64,000 nucleotides of DNA. Source: Candidatus Poribacteria bacterium (GTDB lineage: Bacteria > Poribacteria > WGA-4E > PCPOR2b). Made by a program: the position numbers and the translations under genes. The notes under the pieces are model-generated. The model did not search any database and had not been told where the DNA came from. It saw only the letters and a list, made by a program, of their open reading frames with translations. Position 1 is the first letter of the stretch, and each line of letters opens with the position of its first letter. Location: the NCBI GenBank assembly GCA_965198175.1, contig OZ240245.1:1568001-1632000 (forward strand), read 5' to 3'. Below are positions 33,501-42,600 of this stretch, piece by piece.

Positions 33501-36163
33501 ATCCGTTCGTCGTTGAAGCACAGGATGAAAACGGTTTAGCGCTCTCAGGGATTTCGGTTAACTTTACTGTTACCTCAGGCGATGGCATGCTCAGTGTACA
33601 GAGCCCAACCACCAATGCCAACGGTAGGGCACAGAGTACTCTCACGTTGGGGCAAAACTTAGGAACGTACACCGTGCAGGCTTCTGCCGTTGAAATTGAA
33701 GTGTCGGTGACCTTTAATGCCGAAGGCACCCGAATACCCAAGAAACTTGAGATAATCTCGGGCAAAGACCAAGCGGGTTTACCCGGTGATGCGCTTGAAA
33801 AACCGTTTGTCGTGGAAGTACGAGATGAGTTCGATAAACCCTTGCCGGGAGTTCAGGTCACGTTCACGGTCACTAGTGGCGATGGTACGCTCAGTGCGAC
33901 AAGCGTCACGACGGACAGCAACGGCAGGGCGGAGAGTATTCTCACATTGGGACCAAATCCGGGGACGAACACTGTTACTGTGTCTGTTACAGGCAGTCAG
34001 GAGACACGGACGTTCAATGCCGAAGGCAGCCGAATACCCAAGAAACTTGAGATAATCTCAGGCGATGACCAAGCGGGTTTACCCGGTGATGCGCTTGAAA
34101 AACCGTTTGTCGTGGAAGTACGAGATGAGTTCGATAAACCCTTGCCGGGAGTTCAGGTCACGTTCACGGTCACTAGTGGCGATGGTACGCTCAGTGCGAC
34201 AAGCGTCACGACGGACAGCAACGGCAGGGCGGAGAGTATTCTCACATTGGGACCAAATCCGGGGACGAACACTGTTACTGTGTCTGTTACCGGGAGTCAG
34301 GAAACACGGACGTTCAATGGCGAAGGCAGCCGAATACCCAAGAAACTTGAGATAATTTCGGGGGTTGACCAAGCGGGTTTACCCGGTGATGTGCTTGAAA
34401 AAGCGTTTGTGGTGGAGGTACGAGACCAGACAGATAATCCCTTACCCGGTGTCGAGGTCACGTTTACCGTCACCGCAGGCGATGGTACGCTCAGTGAGAT
34501 AAGCGTCACGACGGACAGCAACGGCAGGGCGGAGAGTATTCTCACATTGGGACCAAATCCGGGAACGAACACTGTTACTGTATCTGTTACCGGGAGTCAG
34601 GAAACACGGACGTTCAATGCCGAAGGGATTCGAATACCCAAGACATTGGAGATAGTCTCGGGCAAAGACCAAGAGGGTCTGCCCGGTGAGGCACTTGAGA
34701 AAGCGTTTGTCGTAGAAGTGCGCGACCAGACAGATAAACCTCTGCCGGGTGTGGAGGTCACGTTTACCGTCACCGCAGGCGGCGGGACAGTCCAACCCGA
34801 AATCGCCACCACCGATGAAAACGGCAGGGCGGAGAGTACCCTTACCCTTGGCAGCACGCCCGGCACAAACACGGTTCGCGTGAGTGTTGAAGGAAATACC
34901 CAGGCTGTCGCCACACTGACCATCGAAACCGTGAGGGTGTTTGCGTTGTCAATCCCAGCGGGCACGCATCTAATCCATATCCCGTTGGCTGTTAACCAGA
35001 TTAACGGCGAAGATGCGACGATTGAGACCGTCGGCGACCTATACAACGCGCTCGGCGATGAGGTCAACTTCATCATTACGGTCGGCGACGACGGTGGATG
35101 GAAGACCTACCTCGGCGATATCAGCACGGGTACCGTGGCGGACGCGGCAATCGAGGACGATACCGGTTTGATTGTGGTGATGTCCGACGCCAAGACGCTT
35201 GAACTCGTTGGCGATGCGTTAGGTACCGACAGCGCTTCCATGATTAGCATTGACGTGGGGAACAACCTCGTCGGTGTACCGCTTGAACCGGACGACATGA
35301 GCATGATTAGCGACCTGCTGGTCGACGGTGTCGGTGCCATCGCGGTCTCCAAAGCCGATGGAATGGGATTCCACACGATTAGGGAACCCGGTCAAGACGG
35401 TGATGGTCCTATCGTGGGCGGTGTCGGCTACCTTGTTGTCTACATTGGAACGGAGGCAACCAGCATCCCGATAGTCGGTTCCGCGTGGGAGAATTCCGGA
35501 GCCGTTTCGGCAGCGCCTGCAGTGGCGTTCGACGGCACGCACACACCGGTGCTGTATGTTGAGGGCGGCGTTATGGACGAGTTCAACATGTTGGCACGGG
35601 TTCCGGAGCTGCGCGTCACTGTGAAGAACCTGTCTACGGGCGCCTCGCTCGACACCGTTCTCGGAACGGAGCTATCGGCGACAGCGTACAGCGGGACGTT
35701 TGTTGAATTGAGCCGCCACGCAGCGAAGGCTGGTGATGTGCTGGAAATCGTAGCGCATGCACCCAACCCATTCGTTGGTGTTCGACCGGTTCCGCAGATT
35801 GTCGTGAGCGCGGAAGAGGTGTTGACGAGCCGTATCAGTCTGCCCGACCTGGAACTCTACGAGATTCCGTCGGACACCGAGCTGTTGGCGAATTACCCGA
35901 ATCCGTTTAACCCGGAGACGTGGATACCGTATCAGTTGGCAGAAGATGCAGATGTCACGTTGACGATTTATGATACCAAAGGTGTGACGGTTCGTCGTCT
36001 GGATTTAGGGCATCAGTTGGCGGGTTATTATGCAGATCGAGGCAAGGCAGCCTACTGGGACGGTCGGAACGATAACGGAGAGTCTGTTGCCAGCGGTCTC
36101 TATTTTTACCAATTGGGGACGCCGTCTTTCAGTCACGTACGGCGGATGGTAATTTTGAAGTAG
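30464..36163 (+). CDS. C-terminal part of giant protein: WD40 repeats, two internalin-like LRR blocks, Big-1-like Ig repeats, FlgD-like/T9SS-like C-terminal domain
   Basis: SVSFSPDG..LASG..VKLWD repeats; IPDPNLRAAI cap; L..LTNL..L.L..N.I.DIS repeats; VTFTVTSG..TDSNGRA repeats; NYPNPFNPETWIPY...WDGRN. Confidence 0.85.
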   Translation: MIRLFLIAEESPHHTGTLEGHTARVSSVSFSLDGTLASGSRDGTVKLWDVGAIQNIATLMHGDWVEAVSFSPDGTTLASGGNRGTLKLWDVTTQQEITTLEGHNNWVNSVSFSPDGRTLASGAGGYTASGEAVKSMVKLWDVTTGVEFATLLHEGFVTAVSFSDTGMLASGSGDGTVKLWDVTSQQNIATLPRENIIHSVPFYPDILSVSFSPDGTILASGGRAGIELWDVATRQNIGTLTHGGTVSSVSFFDEETLASGGGDRTVKLWDMTTRASFATFPHTSVIDSVSFSPEGGTLASGTSGGTVELWDMSGLMGVRLEALAEVDIPDPNLRAAIVEAIGLPPSTPIVRGHLENLTDLEANNANISDLTGLEAATKLRSLLLEKNNISDFSAIAGLTNLKRLGLGSNSISDISAIAGLTNLTNLTLWDNNISDISAVAGLTNLKKLGLRSNSISDISAVSGLTNLQTLNLGGNSVSDISAVSGLTNLQTLNLGGNNVSDVSAVVRLTQLTQLNLANNAISDVSPLLALNLAGTSWDSTGLHLEGNPLSYTSIYTHIPAIQAKGVEVKFDNRTATTLLKITGAVSASNNRLTVEVRDSDGRIFEGVPVTFTVTSGGGTLSVTNTTTDKKGRAQSTLTLGKESNRVTVSAVGTEHTVTFSDVAEDGVHIPDPILRAAIGAALDVTPGDPISVEEMATLTHFRAKDWTEGASIGLLTGLEFATNLTELRLGNNSITDISPLSGLTNLTTLNLETNSVTDISPLSGLTNLTNLHLTGNHITDISFLSDLTGLTVLRLEYNRITDISPLSGLTDLTELRLSGNNITDISPLSGLTNLTRLELPSGITDVPVIVRILSRLPHLTSLGLSNSNIEDVSALIPVLSDLTDLRVLNLFGTGMTDLSPLAGLTHLTTLYLGNNSVSDITPLAELTNLTSLNLWGNNISDVSPLLENTGLGSGGWSWVNVQENPLSYQSIHTHIPTLESRGVTVYFDNQAHPALLKISGDNQRRTPGKTLANPFVVEAQDENGLALSGISVNFTVTSGDGMLSVQSPTTNANGRAQSTLTLGQNLGTYTVQASAVEIEVSVTFNAEGTRIPKKLEIISGKDQAGLPGDALEKPFVVEVRDEFDKPLPGVQVTFTVTSGDGTLSATSVTTDSNGRAESILTLGPNPGTNTVTVSVTGSQETRTFNAEGSRIPKKLEIISGDDQAGLPGDALEKPFVVEVRDEFDKPLPGVQVTFTVTSGDGTLSATSVTTDSNGRAESILTLGPNPGTNTVTVSVTGSQETRTFNGEGSRIPKKLEIISGVDQAGLPGDVLEKAFVVEVRDQTDNPLPGVEVTFTVTAGDGTLSEISVTTDSNGRAESILTLGPNPGTNTVTVSVTGSQETRTFNAEGIRIPKTLEIVSGKDQEGLPGEALEKAFVVEVRDQTDKPLPGVEVTFTVTAGGGTVQPEIATTDENGRAESTLTLGSTPGTNTVRVSVEGNTQAVATLTIETVRVFALSIPAGTHLIHIPLAVNQINGEDATIETVGDLYNALGDEVNFIITVGDDGGWKTYLGDISTGTVADAAIEDDTGLIVVMSDAKTLELVGDALGTDSASMISIDVGNNLVGVPLEPDDMSMISDLLVDGVGAIAVSKADGMGFHTIREPGQDGDGPIVGGVGYLVVYIGTEATSIPIVGSAWENSGAVSAAPAVAFDGTHTPVLYVEGGVMDEFNMLARVPELRVTVKNLSTGASLDTVLGTELSATAYSGTFVELSRHAAKAGDVLEIVAHAPNPFVGVRPVPQIVVSAEEVLTSRISLPDLELYEIPSDTELLANYPNPFNPETWIPYQLAEDADVTLTIYDTKGVTVRRLDLGHQLAGYYADRGKAAYWDGRNDNGESVASGLYFYQLGTPSFSHVRRMVILK
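33721..34900 (+). repeat. Four tandem 300-bp near-identical Big-domain repeats
   Basis: CGAAGG..CGAATACCCAAGA recurs at 33721, 34021, 34321 and 34621. Confidence 0.9.
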
Positions 36164-36245
36164 GTGGTTGTTGCCCAAAAAGGAACCCGAGTCAGAGAAG
36201 TAACGCCTCACTTGCTAGAAACCGCTTACGTTTTGCGTATACGTT

Positions 36246-37265
36246 ATGATTAAGTACATCTCACAACGACTGCTCTCCATGGCGCTTTCCCTCTTTGGTG
36301 TGTCGGTCCTCGTCTTCTTTATGGTTCACCTGATTCCCGGCGATGCGGCGCTCACAATTTTAGGCGAACGCGCCACCGCGGGAGCGTTGGCTGAACTTCG
36401 TCAACAGATGGGGCTGGATCAGCCGCTTTATCGGCAGTATGGGGTGTTTCTTTGGGACCTGATCCACCTGGATCTCGGGCGATCGTTTAAGACAAATGAG
36501 CGGGTAATTGATGAAATCCTACGCTATTTCCCGGCAACGGTTGAATTGACAGTCGCGGCGATGGGATTATCGATAGTTTTCGGCATCGGTGCGGGCATCA
36601 TAGCGGCGGTCAATCGCGGCAGGTTTTGGGACTATACCACAATGTTTGGATCGCTGGCGGGAATCTCAATGCCAATTTTCTGGCTGGGGTTGATGTTAAT
36701 CTTGTTGTTTGCCTACGCGTTTCCGATTTTCCCAAGTTCCCAGCGATTGGACACTGTCTTGGATCTTGAGATCAAACATCGCACCCACTTTTACTTGCTC
36801 GACACGCTGCTCTCCGGGAACTTTGCTGCGTTTCGGGATGCAATCTGGCATCTGATTCTCCCCGCGGTGACGCTTGGTACAGTTCCGTTGGCAATCATTG
36901 CACGCATGACGCGATCCAGTCTGCTGGAAGTGCTTAACCAACAGTACATCATGACGGCGCACGCAAAAGGGCTTCCCAAATCGACGGTTGTGCTCAAACA
37001 CGCGCTGAAAAATAGCATCAATCCCGTGTTGACTGTTATCGGTCTGAATTTTGGATACTTACTCGGCGGTGCAATCTTAACCGAACACATCTTTTCCTGG
37101 CCCGGACTCGGTTCATGGCTGCGCGCCGCTGTCGAAGCCAGAGACATTCGTCCGGTTCAAGGAGGTGTGCTATTTGTGGCGACGGTTTTCATGACCGTCA
37201 ACCTGATTGTTGATTTGCTCTACATCTACTTCGATCCACGTATCAGAATTGGAGAAGACGCATGA
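36246..37265 (+). CDS. dppB: Peptide ABC transporter permease
   Basis: GLDQPLYRQY, LILPA, ARMTRSSLLEVL and KHALKN motifs. Confidence 0.9.
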   Translation: MIKYISQRLLSMALSLFGVSVLVFFMVHLIPGDAALTILGERATAGALAELRQQMGLDQPLYRQYGVFLWDLIHLDLGRSFKTNERVIDEILRYFPATVELTVAAMGLSIVFGIGAGIIAAVNRGRFWDYTTMFGSLAGISMPIFWLGLMLILLFAYAFPIFPSSQRLDTVLDLEIKHRTHFYLLDTLLSGNFAAFRDAIWHLILPAVTLGTVPLAIIARMTRSSLLEVLNQQYIMTAHAKGLPKSTVVLKHALKNSINPVLTVIGLNFGYLLGGAILTEHIFSWPGLGSWLRAAVEARDIRPVQGGVLFVATVFMTVNLIVDLLYIYFDPRIRIGEDA

Positions 37266-38104
37266 GCGGGAACCGTCGCAGGATTTATCGAAGACTTCTG
37301 AGTCACAGATCCGGCGCGATTGGCGCCTCAATTATCCTCTGCTTTGTCCTCGTGGCAATCCTAGCTCCATTTATTGCAACGCACGACCCACGCGACGCTG
37401 ACGTCGTCGCGCGTCTCAAGGGATGGTCGTCAGAACACTACTTCGGCACCGATAGGGTAGGCAGAGACGTTTTCAGCAGAATCGTTCACGGCTCGCAAAT
37501 CTCTATCAAAGTAGGGCTGGTTGCGATGACGTTTTCAATCTCCATTGGTGCGCTGGTGGGAATTATCGCCGGCTACTACGGTGGTTGGCAAGACAACACC
37601 ATTATGCGCCTGATGGATATGATGCTTGCCATGCCGAGCATTCTGCTCGCCATGGTGATTATCACCATCTTGGGACAGAGCCTCATCAATGCAATCATCG
37701 CTGTTTCGATTGTTTATATCCCACAATATGCCCGCATTTTGCGAGCGTCCGTCCTAAAAATCCGTGAGGAAGAATATGTGATGGCAGCAAGAGTCATCGG
37801 TGCCAGTGACTTTCGTATTTTGACAACGGCAATTATACCGAATTGCCTTGCGCCGCTAATCGTTCAGGCAACGCTCGGCATGGGAGCTGCCATCCTTGAC
37901 GCCGCGGGACTCAGTTTCTTGGGGCTTGGCGCCGAAATCGGCGAGCCGGAGTGGGGCGCTATGCTCAACGAAAATCGTGCGCTCATCCGCCGGGCGCCTT
38001 GGACAGTCATGACGCCAGGCGCTGCCATTTTCCTGATTGTCTTGGGTTTCAACTTGCTAGGAGATGCCTTGCGCGATGTCTTAGATCCGCAAGTAAAGAC
38101 GTAA
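37262..38104 (+). CDS. dppC: Peptide ABC transporter permease
   Basis: FGTDRVGRDVFSR, PEWGAML and GFNLLGDALRDVLDP motifs; ATGA overlap with dppB. Confidence 0.9.
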   Translation: MSGNRRRIYRRLLSHRSGAIGASIILCFVLVAILAPFIATHDPRDADVVARLKGWSSEHYFGTDRVGRDVFSRIVHGSQISIKVGLVAMTFSISIGALVGIIAGYYGGWQDNTIMRLMDMMLAMPSILLAMVIITILGQSLINAIIAVSIVYIPQYARILRASVLKIREEEYVMAARVIGASDFRILTTAIIPNCLAPLIVQATLGMGAAILDAAGLSFLGLGAEIGEPEWGAMLNENRALIRRAPWTVMTPGAAIFLIVLGFNLLGDALRDVLDPQVKT

Positions 38105-38166
38105 TTCGGAAGCCCCGCTAGGATGGCTGAGAAACCAATGAAATCTGAACAAGGAGTATCGAAACA

Positions 38167-38478
38167 TTGCCAATAAATGAAGGGCGGAAATTATCTTATC
38201 CGTCCGTTAAACTTCCAATAAAAAAATATCAAACCATCGCTTCGGTTGCCGCTATAATCGGTTTCCTATTGGGTGCACTCATTCCACTCTCTGCCTTTGC
38301 TATGGGAATCTGGTCATGCCCGTTTGGATCCGGCGTGGTATCCACCGGCGGATTTATGTTGCTAATGGGTATTCTGGGCGCGGTCCTAATCGGAAATGGA
38401 ACTGCGCTGCTGTTGATTCTTATTAAGAAACCCCGTCAGGCGTCAAATTCTTGCTACAAAGAAAGGAATAAAGACTGA
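38167..38478 (+). CDS. Small hypothetical membrane protein (2 TM)
   Basis: AAGGAG RBS, TTG start, two hydrophobic segments; abuts the next gene. Confidence 0.55.
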   Translation: MPINEGRKLSYPSVKLPIKKYQTIASVAAIIGFLLGALIPLSAFAMGIWSCPFGSGVVSTGGFMLLMGILGAVLIGNGTALLLILIKKPRQASNSCYKERNKD

Positions 38479-38479
38479 G

Positions 38480-39268
38480 ATGCAACTGGTTTGGCAAATT
38501 CCCTTAATTTTAATAACCGGAATCGCCGCAGGCTTCCTAAACGTAGTTTCGGGCGGCGGTTCATTACTAACGCTACCGATGCTAATATTCCTCATGGAGC
38601 ACAACGGCTTACCTGCCACCGTGAAGGCGACCGCGAAGGCGAACGGTACAAATCGAATAGCTGTTGCTATACAGTGTGCAACCGGCGTCGTGGGATTTCG
38701 AGTCAAAGGATTTTCTGACTTTCGCTATAGCGCTTTACTGACTATTCCAGCAATCCCAGGAGCTATAATTGGAGCTATAATTGCGGTTCTCATTGGCGAG
38801 GTCATTTTCAAGAGGGTGTTGGCGGCTATCATGGTGGGAGTGTTGGCTTTGACTTATCTTAGTCCGACGAGAGAACCTGAAGGCGAGGGTAGCACCCAGA
38901 GCGTGGGGCGCAGGATTGTCACAACGTTCGTCTTCTTTTTCATTGGCATTTATGGCGGCTTTATCCAAGCGGGGGTTGGTTTTATTATTATTGCTGCACT
39001 AACATCGATAAACAGTTTTGATCTCGTTCGTGCAAATGCAATTAAGCTGTTTGTTAGTTTCTTTTTCACGATTGTCGCGCTAGGAGTCTTCATTCAGAGT
39101 GGCAATGTCGATCTGTTTTTGGGGTTAACACTCGCACTTGGGAACGCGACTGGCGCGTGGTTCGGCAGTCATTGGGCGGTTGACAGAGGAGAAAAATGGA
39201 TCAAAGTTGTGCTTGTTGTCACCTCGATAGCTTTTGCAATTCGGCTCGTCTGGCAAACCTTTGGGTAA
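38480..39268 (+). CDS. Sulfite exporter TauE/SafE family protein
   Basis: AGFLNVVSGGGSLLTLP, ANGTNR and GIYGGFIQAGVG motifs. Confidence 0.9.
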   Translation: MQLVWQIPLILITGIAAGFLNVVSGGGSLLTLPMLIFLMEHNGLPATVKATAKANGTNRIAVAIQCATGVVGFRVKGFSDFRYSALLTIPAIPGAIIGAIIAVLIGEVIFKRVLAAIMVGVLALTYLSPTREPEGEGSTQSVGRRIVTTFVFFFIGIYGGFIQAGVGFIIIAALTSINSFDLVRANAIKLFVSFFFTIVALGVFIQSGNVDLFLGLTLALGNATGAWFGSHWAVDRGEKWIKVVLVVTSIAFAIRLVWQTFG

Positions 39269-39394
39269 TCGAAAAAACGCAAGTTTCTTTCCAAAATATC
39301 AAAGCTTACACGTCACTGGCGAAACCATTGCTAGGTACTTGGACAGATAAAAGTATCAATTTGCCGTTTGAAAACAAGATATACTTAATATCAG

Positions 39395-39423
39395 TTGACA
39401 TTGCATGAAGTTTGTGATAGAAT
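39395..39423 (+). promoter_or_regulatory. Putative sigma70 promoter
   Basis: TTGACA-17 bp-TAGAAT with TGn. Confidence 0.65.
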
Positions 39424-39601
39424 TGTCGTAGTTTAACTTCAGGTTTACCGCTCATCTGTAAGGCTTCCCCGGATGTTAAATCGTCTGTAAGTAACTCAAA
39501 TGCATAATGGGGGTGTATCGAAGTTACATTAACCGCAAATCTGTCTCTTCTTCGATGCTGAAGCTACTGGATCGGGTAAAATGCGTGGAGGTTGGCTGTA
39601 A

Positions 39602-42600
39602 ATGCGCCGCTGTGCTTTGCTGTTGTTATTCTGTTGCATCGCTCATCGAGTTTATGCGGAACCCATGCATCCAAGTCCGCCTAATGGTACACATTGGCGC
39701 TGTGGGACGCCGGAACTCATTCGGCATACAACACGCCCGGCTCTACAACTGCCGCAGATCCCGGCAGCTCCAGCGCCTGAAGTGCACCTCGGGCAAATTG
39801 ATCGGTTCTTCACACATATCCCCGAACAATTGGTGAAGGGCACCTGTATTGCTATCGGCGAGCACATCTACATCTACATCGAAAATTCGGTGCTCGGTCT
39901 GATAAACGAAGCTCAGGCACGGGACATTGCCGCTGAGTTTGATTCGCGTATCTACCCGCAAGTTCACCGCTGGATTGGCAGTGAATGGAAGCCGGGCTTG
40001 GACCGGGATGCTCGAATAACGCTCTTTATACACGACGTGGGATTGAATGATTCAGCTCAGGACATCGGCGGCTATTTCTCACCGACCGATCAACGCCGGA
40101 CCGATTTCAACAGCAACCGGCGAGAGATTATCTTTGCCGATGTGTTCCTGCTCCAGGAACGGGGACGCTTTATCCTCCACGCCCTCCTGGCTCACGAATT
40201 TGCGCACCTCGTCAACTGGTATCAGAACGGTGGAACTACCGATGAGCGGTGGTTGGAAGAAGGGATCGCATCGTTCGCGGAATGGGCAATCTACGGGAAT
40301 GTCCACAACATCTTTGTCGATGGCTATCTAAGAGATCCAAGCGTTTCGTTAACGACTGGAAATACCCGCGATGTCTATTATGGGGCGGCTTTCATGTTTC
40401 TGCTCTACGCATTCGAGAATTACGGCGGTAGGGAGTTCATTCGTGAGCTCGCTCGCCAGGATCTGCTCGGTATAAACGGAATTAACGCGGCTTTAGCGTC
40501 GCTAGGTAGGTCGGAACGTTTTGCCGATGTCTTTCAAAATTGGGCGATTGCGAACTTCGTCAACGAAATCAGACGCGGGCAAATTTTCGGGTATGATAAC
40601 CTACCGAATAAAAGGGTGGAGAGAGGAGTTGAACGTGCGGTTAACAGCTATCCTTCGATTCGATTGGACAACCTAGAGGATTGGGGAGTTCGTTATGTCA
40701 CCTTTCAGAATCTACCGCTTCAAATCGAAATCGCACTCGATGGTGCTAGCAAGGGGGAGATGTATGCACAGGTTGCGCGCATTCCGAGACGTGGCACTCC
40801 ATCGACCAATCCACTGCGATTTGATGAAAACAACAACGGTCGCATCGAACTGAACAATCTGAATCCGACAGACAAGGTCATCCTAATGGCAACAACAAAC
40901 TCCGCGCAATCGTTTCGGTATGCAGGTACGTCTGATGGGAATTCCGGCATCGTCGTAGGCGCGCCGCGTCCGGTTGATTCATCAATCGTTGCGCCGGGCA
41001 CGGTTACGCGAGCAATAGGCAATCGTGGGCAGCCGATTCAGAAACGATCAAATATTTCCTATAAGTTGGAACCGATGCGTCAGGTACACGTGTCGAGCAG
41101 TTATCAAAATGTAGTCGTTGTCGGGAAATACGCCTATGCCGCGAGTGACTGGGGATTGGAAATCTTCGATTTAGCAATCCCAACACAGCCAGCGCGAATC
41201 GGGGAAATCGCCACACCGGGAAACGCTCAAGAGGTCGCCGTTGACGGAGACACAGCTTATATCGCAGATGGAGCGGAAGGGCTACAACTTATTAACATTC
41301 AGCAACCGGCGGCGCCGCAACTAATCGGGACGGTCAAGGGTTTCACGTTCGCTCATCGAATCCAGATTGCCAACGGCTATGCTTACACAGTAGATAGGGA
41401 AAACGGGCTCTTGATTTATGACTTGCAAGAGTTGCACGATGCAATTGAACCGAAACCGATTAGTTCGTTTCACACGGTCGGTGCAGCCCTGGCTGTCTGG
41501 GTTGATGGTCATACGGTGTATTTGAGCGATCGACATCAAGGGTTTCAGATTCTCGATTTTGAGAGAATCGACATCCCCGCCATCATTGGCAAGGTTGACG
41601 TGATCGGCTTCGATTTTCAGGTCGAAGACGGCTACGCTTATGTTGCATCGGGGGACTTTCGGATTGTCGATGTACGAGATCGATTCAACCCAAAAGTAAT
41701 CTCGACATTGCGGACACCTGGAACCGCAGCAAATATTAAATTTCGGAATGGGTACGTCTATCTGACCGACGTCGAGGCGGGGTTTTATCTCATTGACGTT
41801 CGTAATAAACTCCGCCCTGAATTCGTCGCCCGCCAATCCATAACCGGCAACGCAATGGGGGTGAGCCTATTTACACCTGACGACGGAACCGCCATTGCGT
41901 ACATCGCGGGTGAAGGTGGAGGTTTGCATACCATCGATGTGAGTCAACTGAGTAATCCGCAGTGGCTGCATCGTTATGACGCTTCGGGCGAAGCTTACGG
42001 ACTAGATGTTGTTCAAGTCGAAGGCGGTGGGCGGATGGCATACATCGCTGATGGAAGTGGCGGGTTGAAGATTGTCGAAATAGAGGAGGCGTTTGATGCA
42101 ACCTTAACACACTACATACCGATAGATGTAACTGCAACGGATGTTCGGGTTGAAGACGGGCATGCGTACATCGCGGCAGGTGAAGAGGAAGTGCTCATTC
42201 TGGATGTGCGGGATGTCAACCGTCCAAATGTTATTGCGCGAATTTCAACCTCCAAACCGGCGATGGGCGTTGAGATTGACAACGGATACGTATATGTCTG
42301 TGCAGGCGAACTCATCGTCATTGATGTTCGAAACCTCAATCGGATTCGTATTGTCGCACGACAGCGCATGGCTGGCAACGCCCATCGAGTGGCAATCGAC
42401 GGAGTACACGCTTATGTCGCCGCCCTTGACGGAGGCGTACAGATATTCAACGTCCAAAATCCAGCCGCGCCCCGCGCTATCGCGAGTTACGAAACAATCG
42501 GCAATGCAACGCATGTTACTGTCGCAGAGGACCGAGCGTATGTGCTGGATAGCCGTGCGGGCGTGCAGTTTCTGGATGTCGCCGAGCCGCAGCGACCGGT

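Noticed and set aside
31069..35766. Long minus-strand ORFs (up to 375 aa)
   Set aside because: Antisense shadows of the repetitive LRR/Big gene with no recognisable motifs
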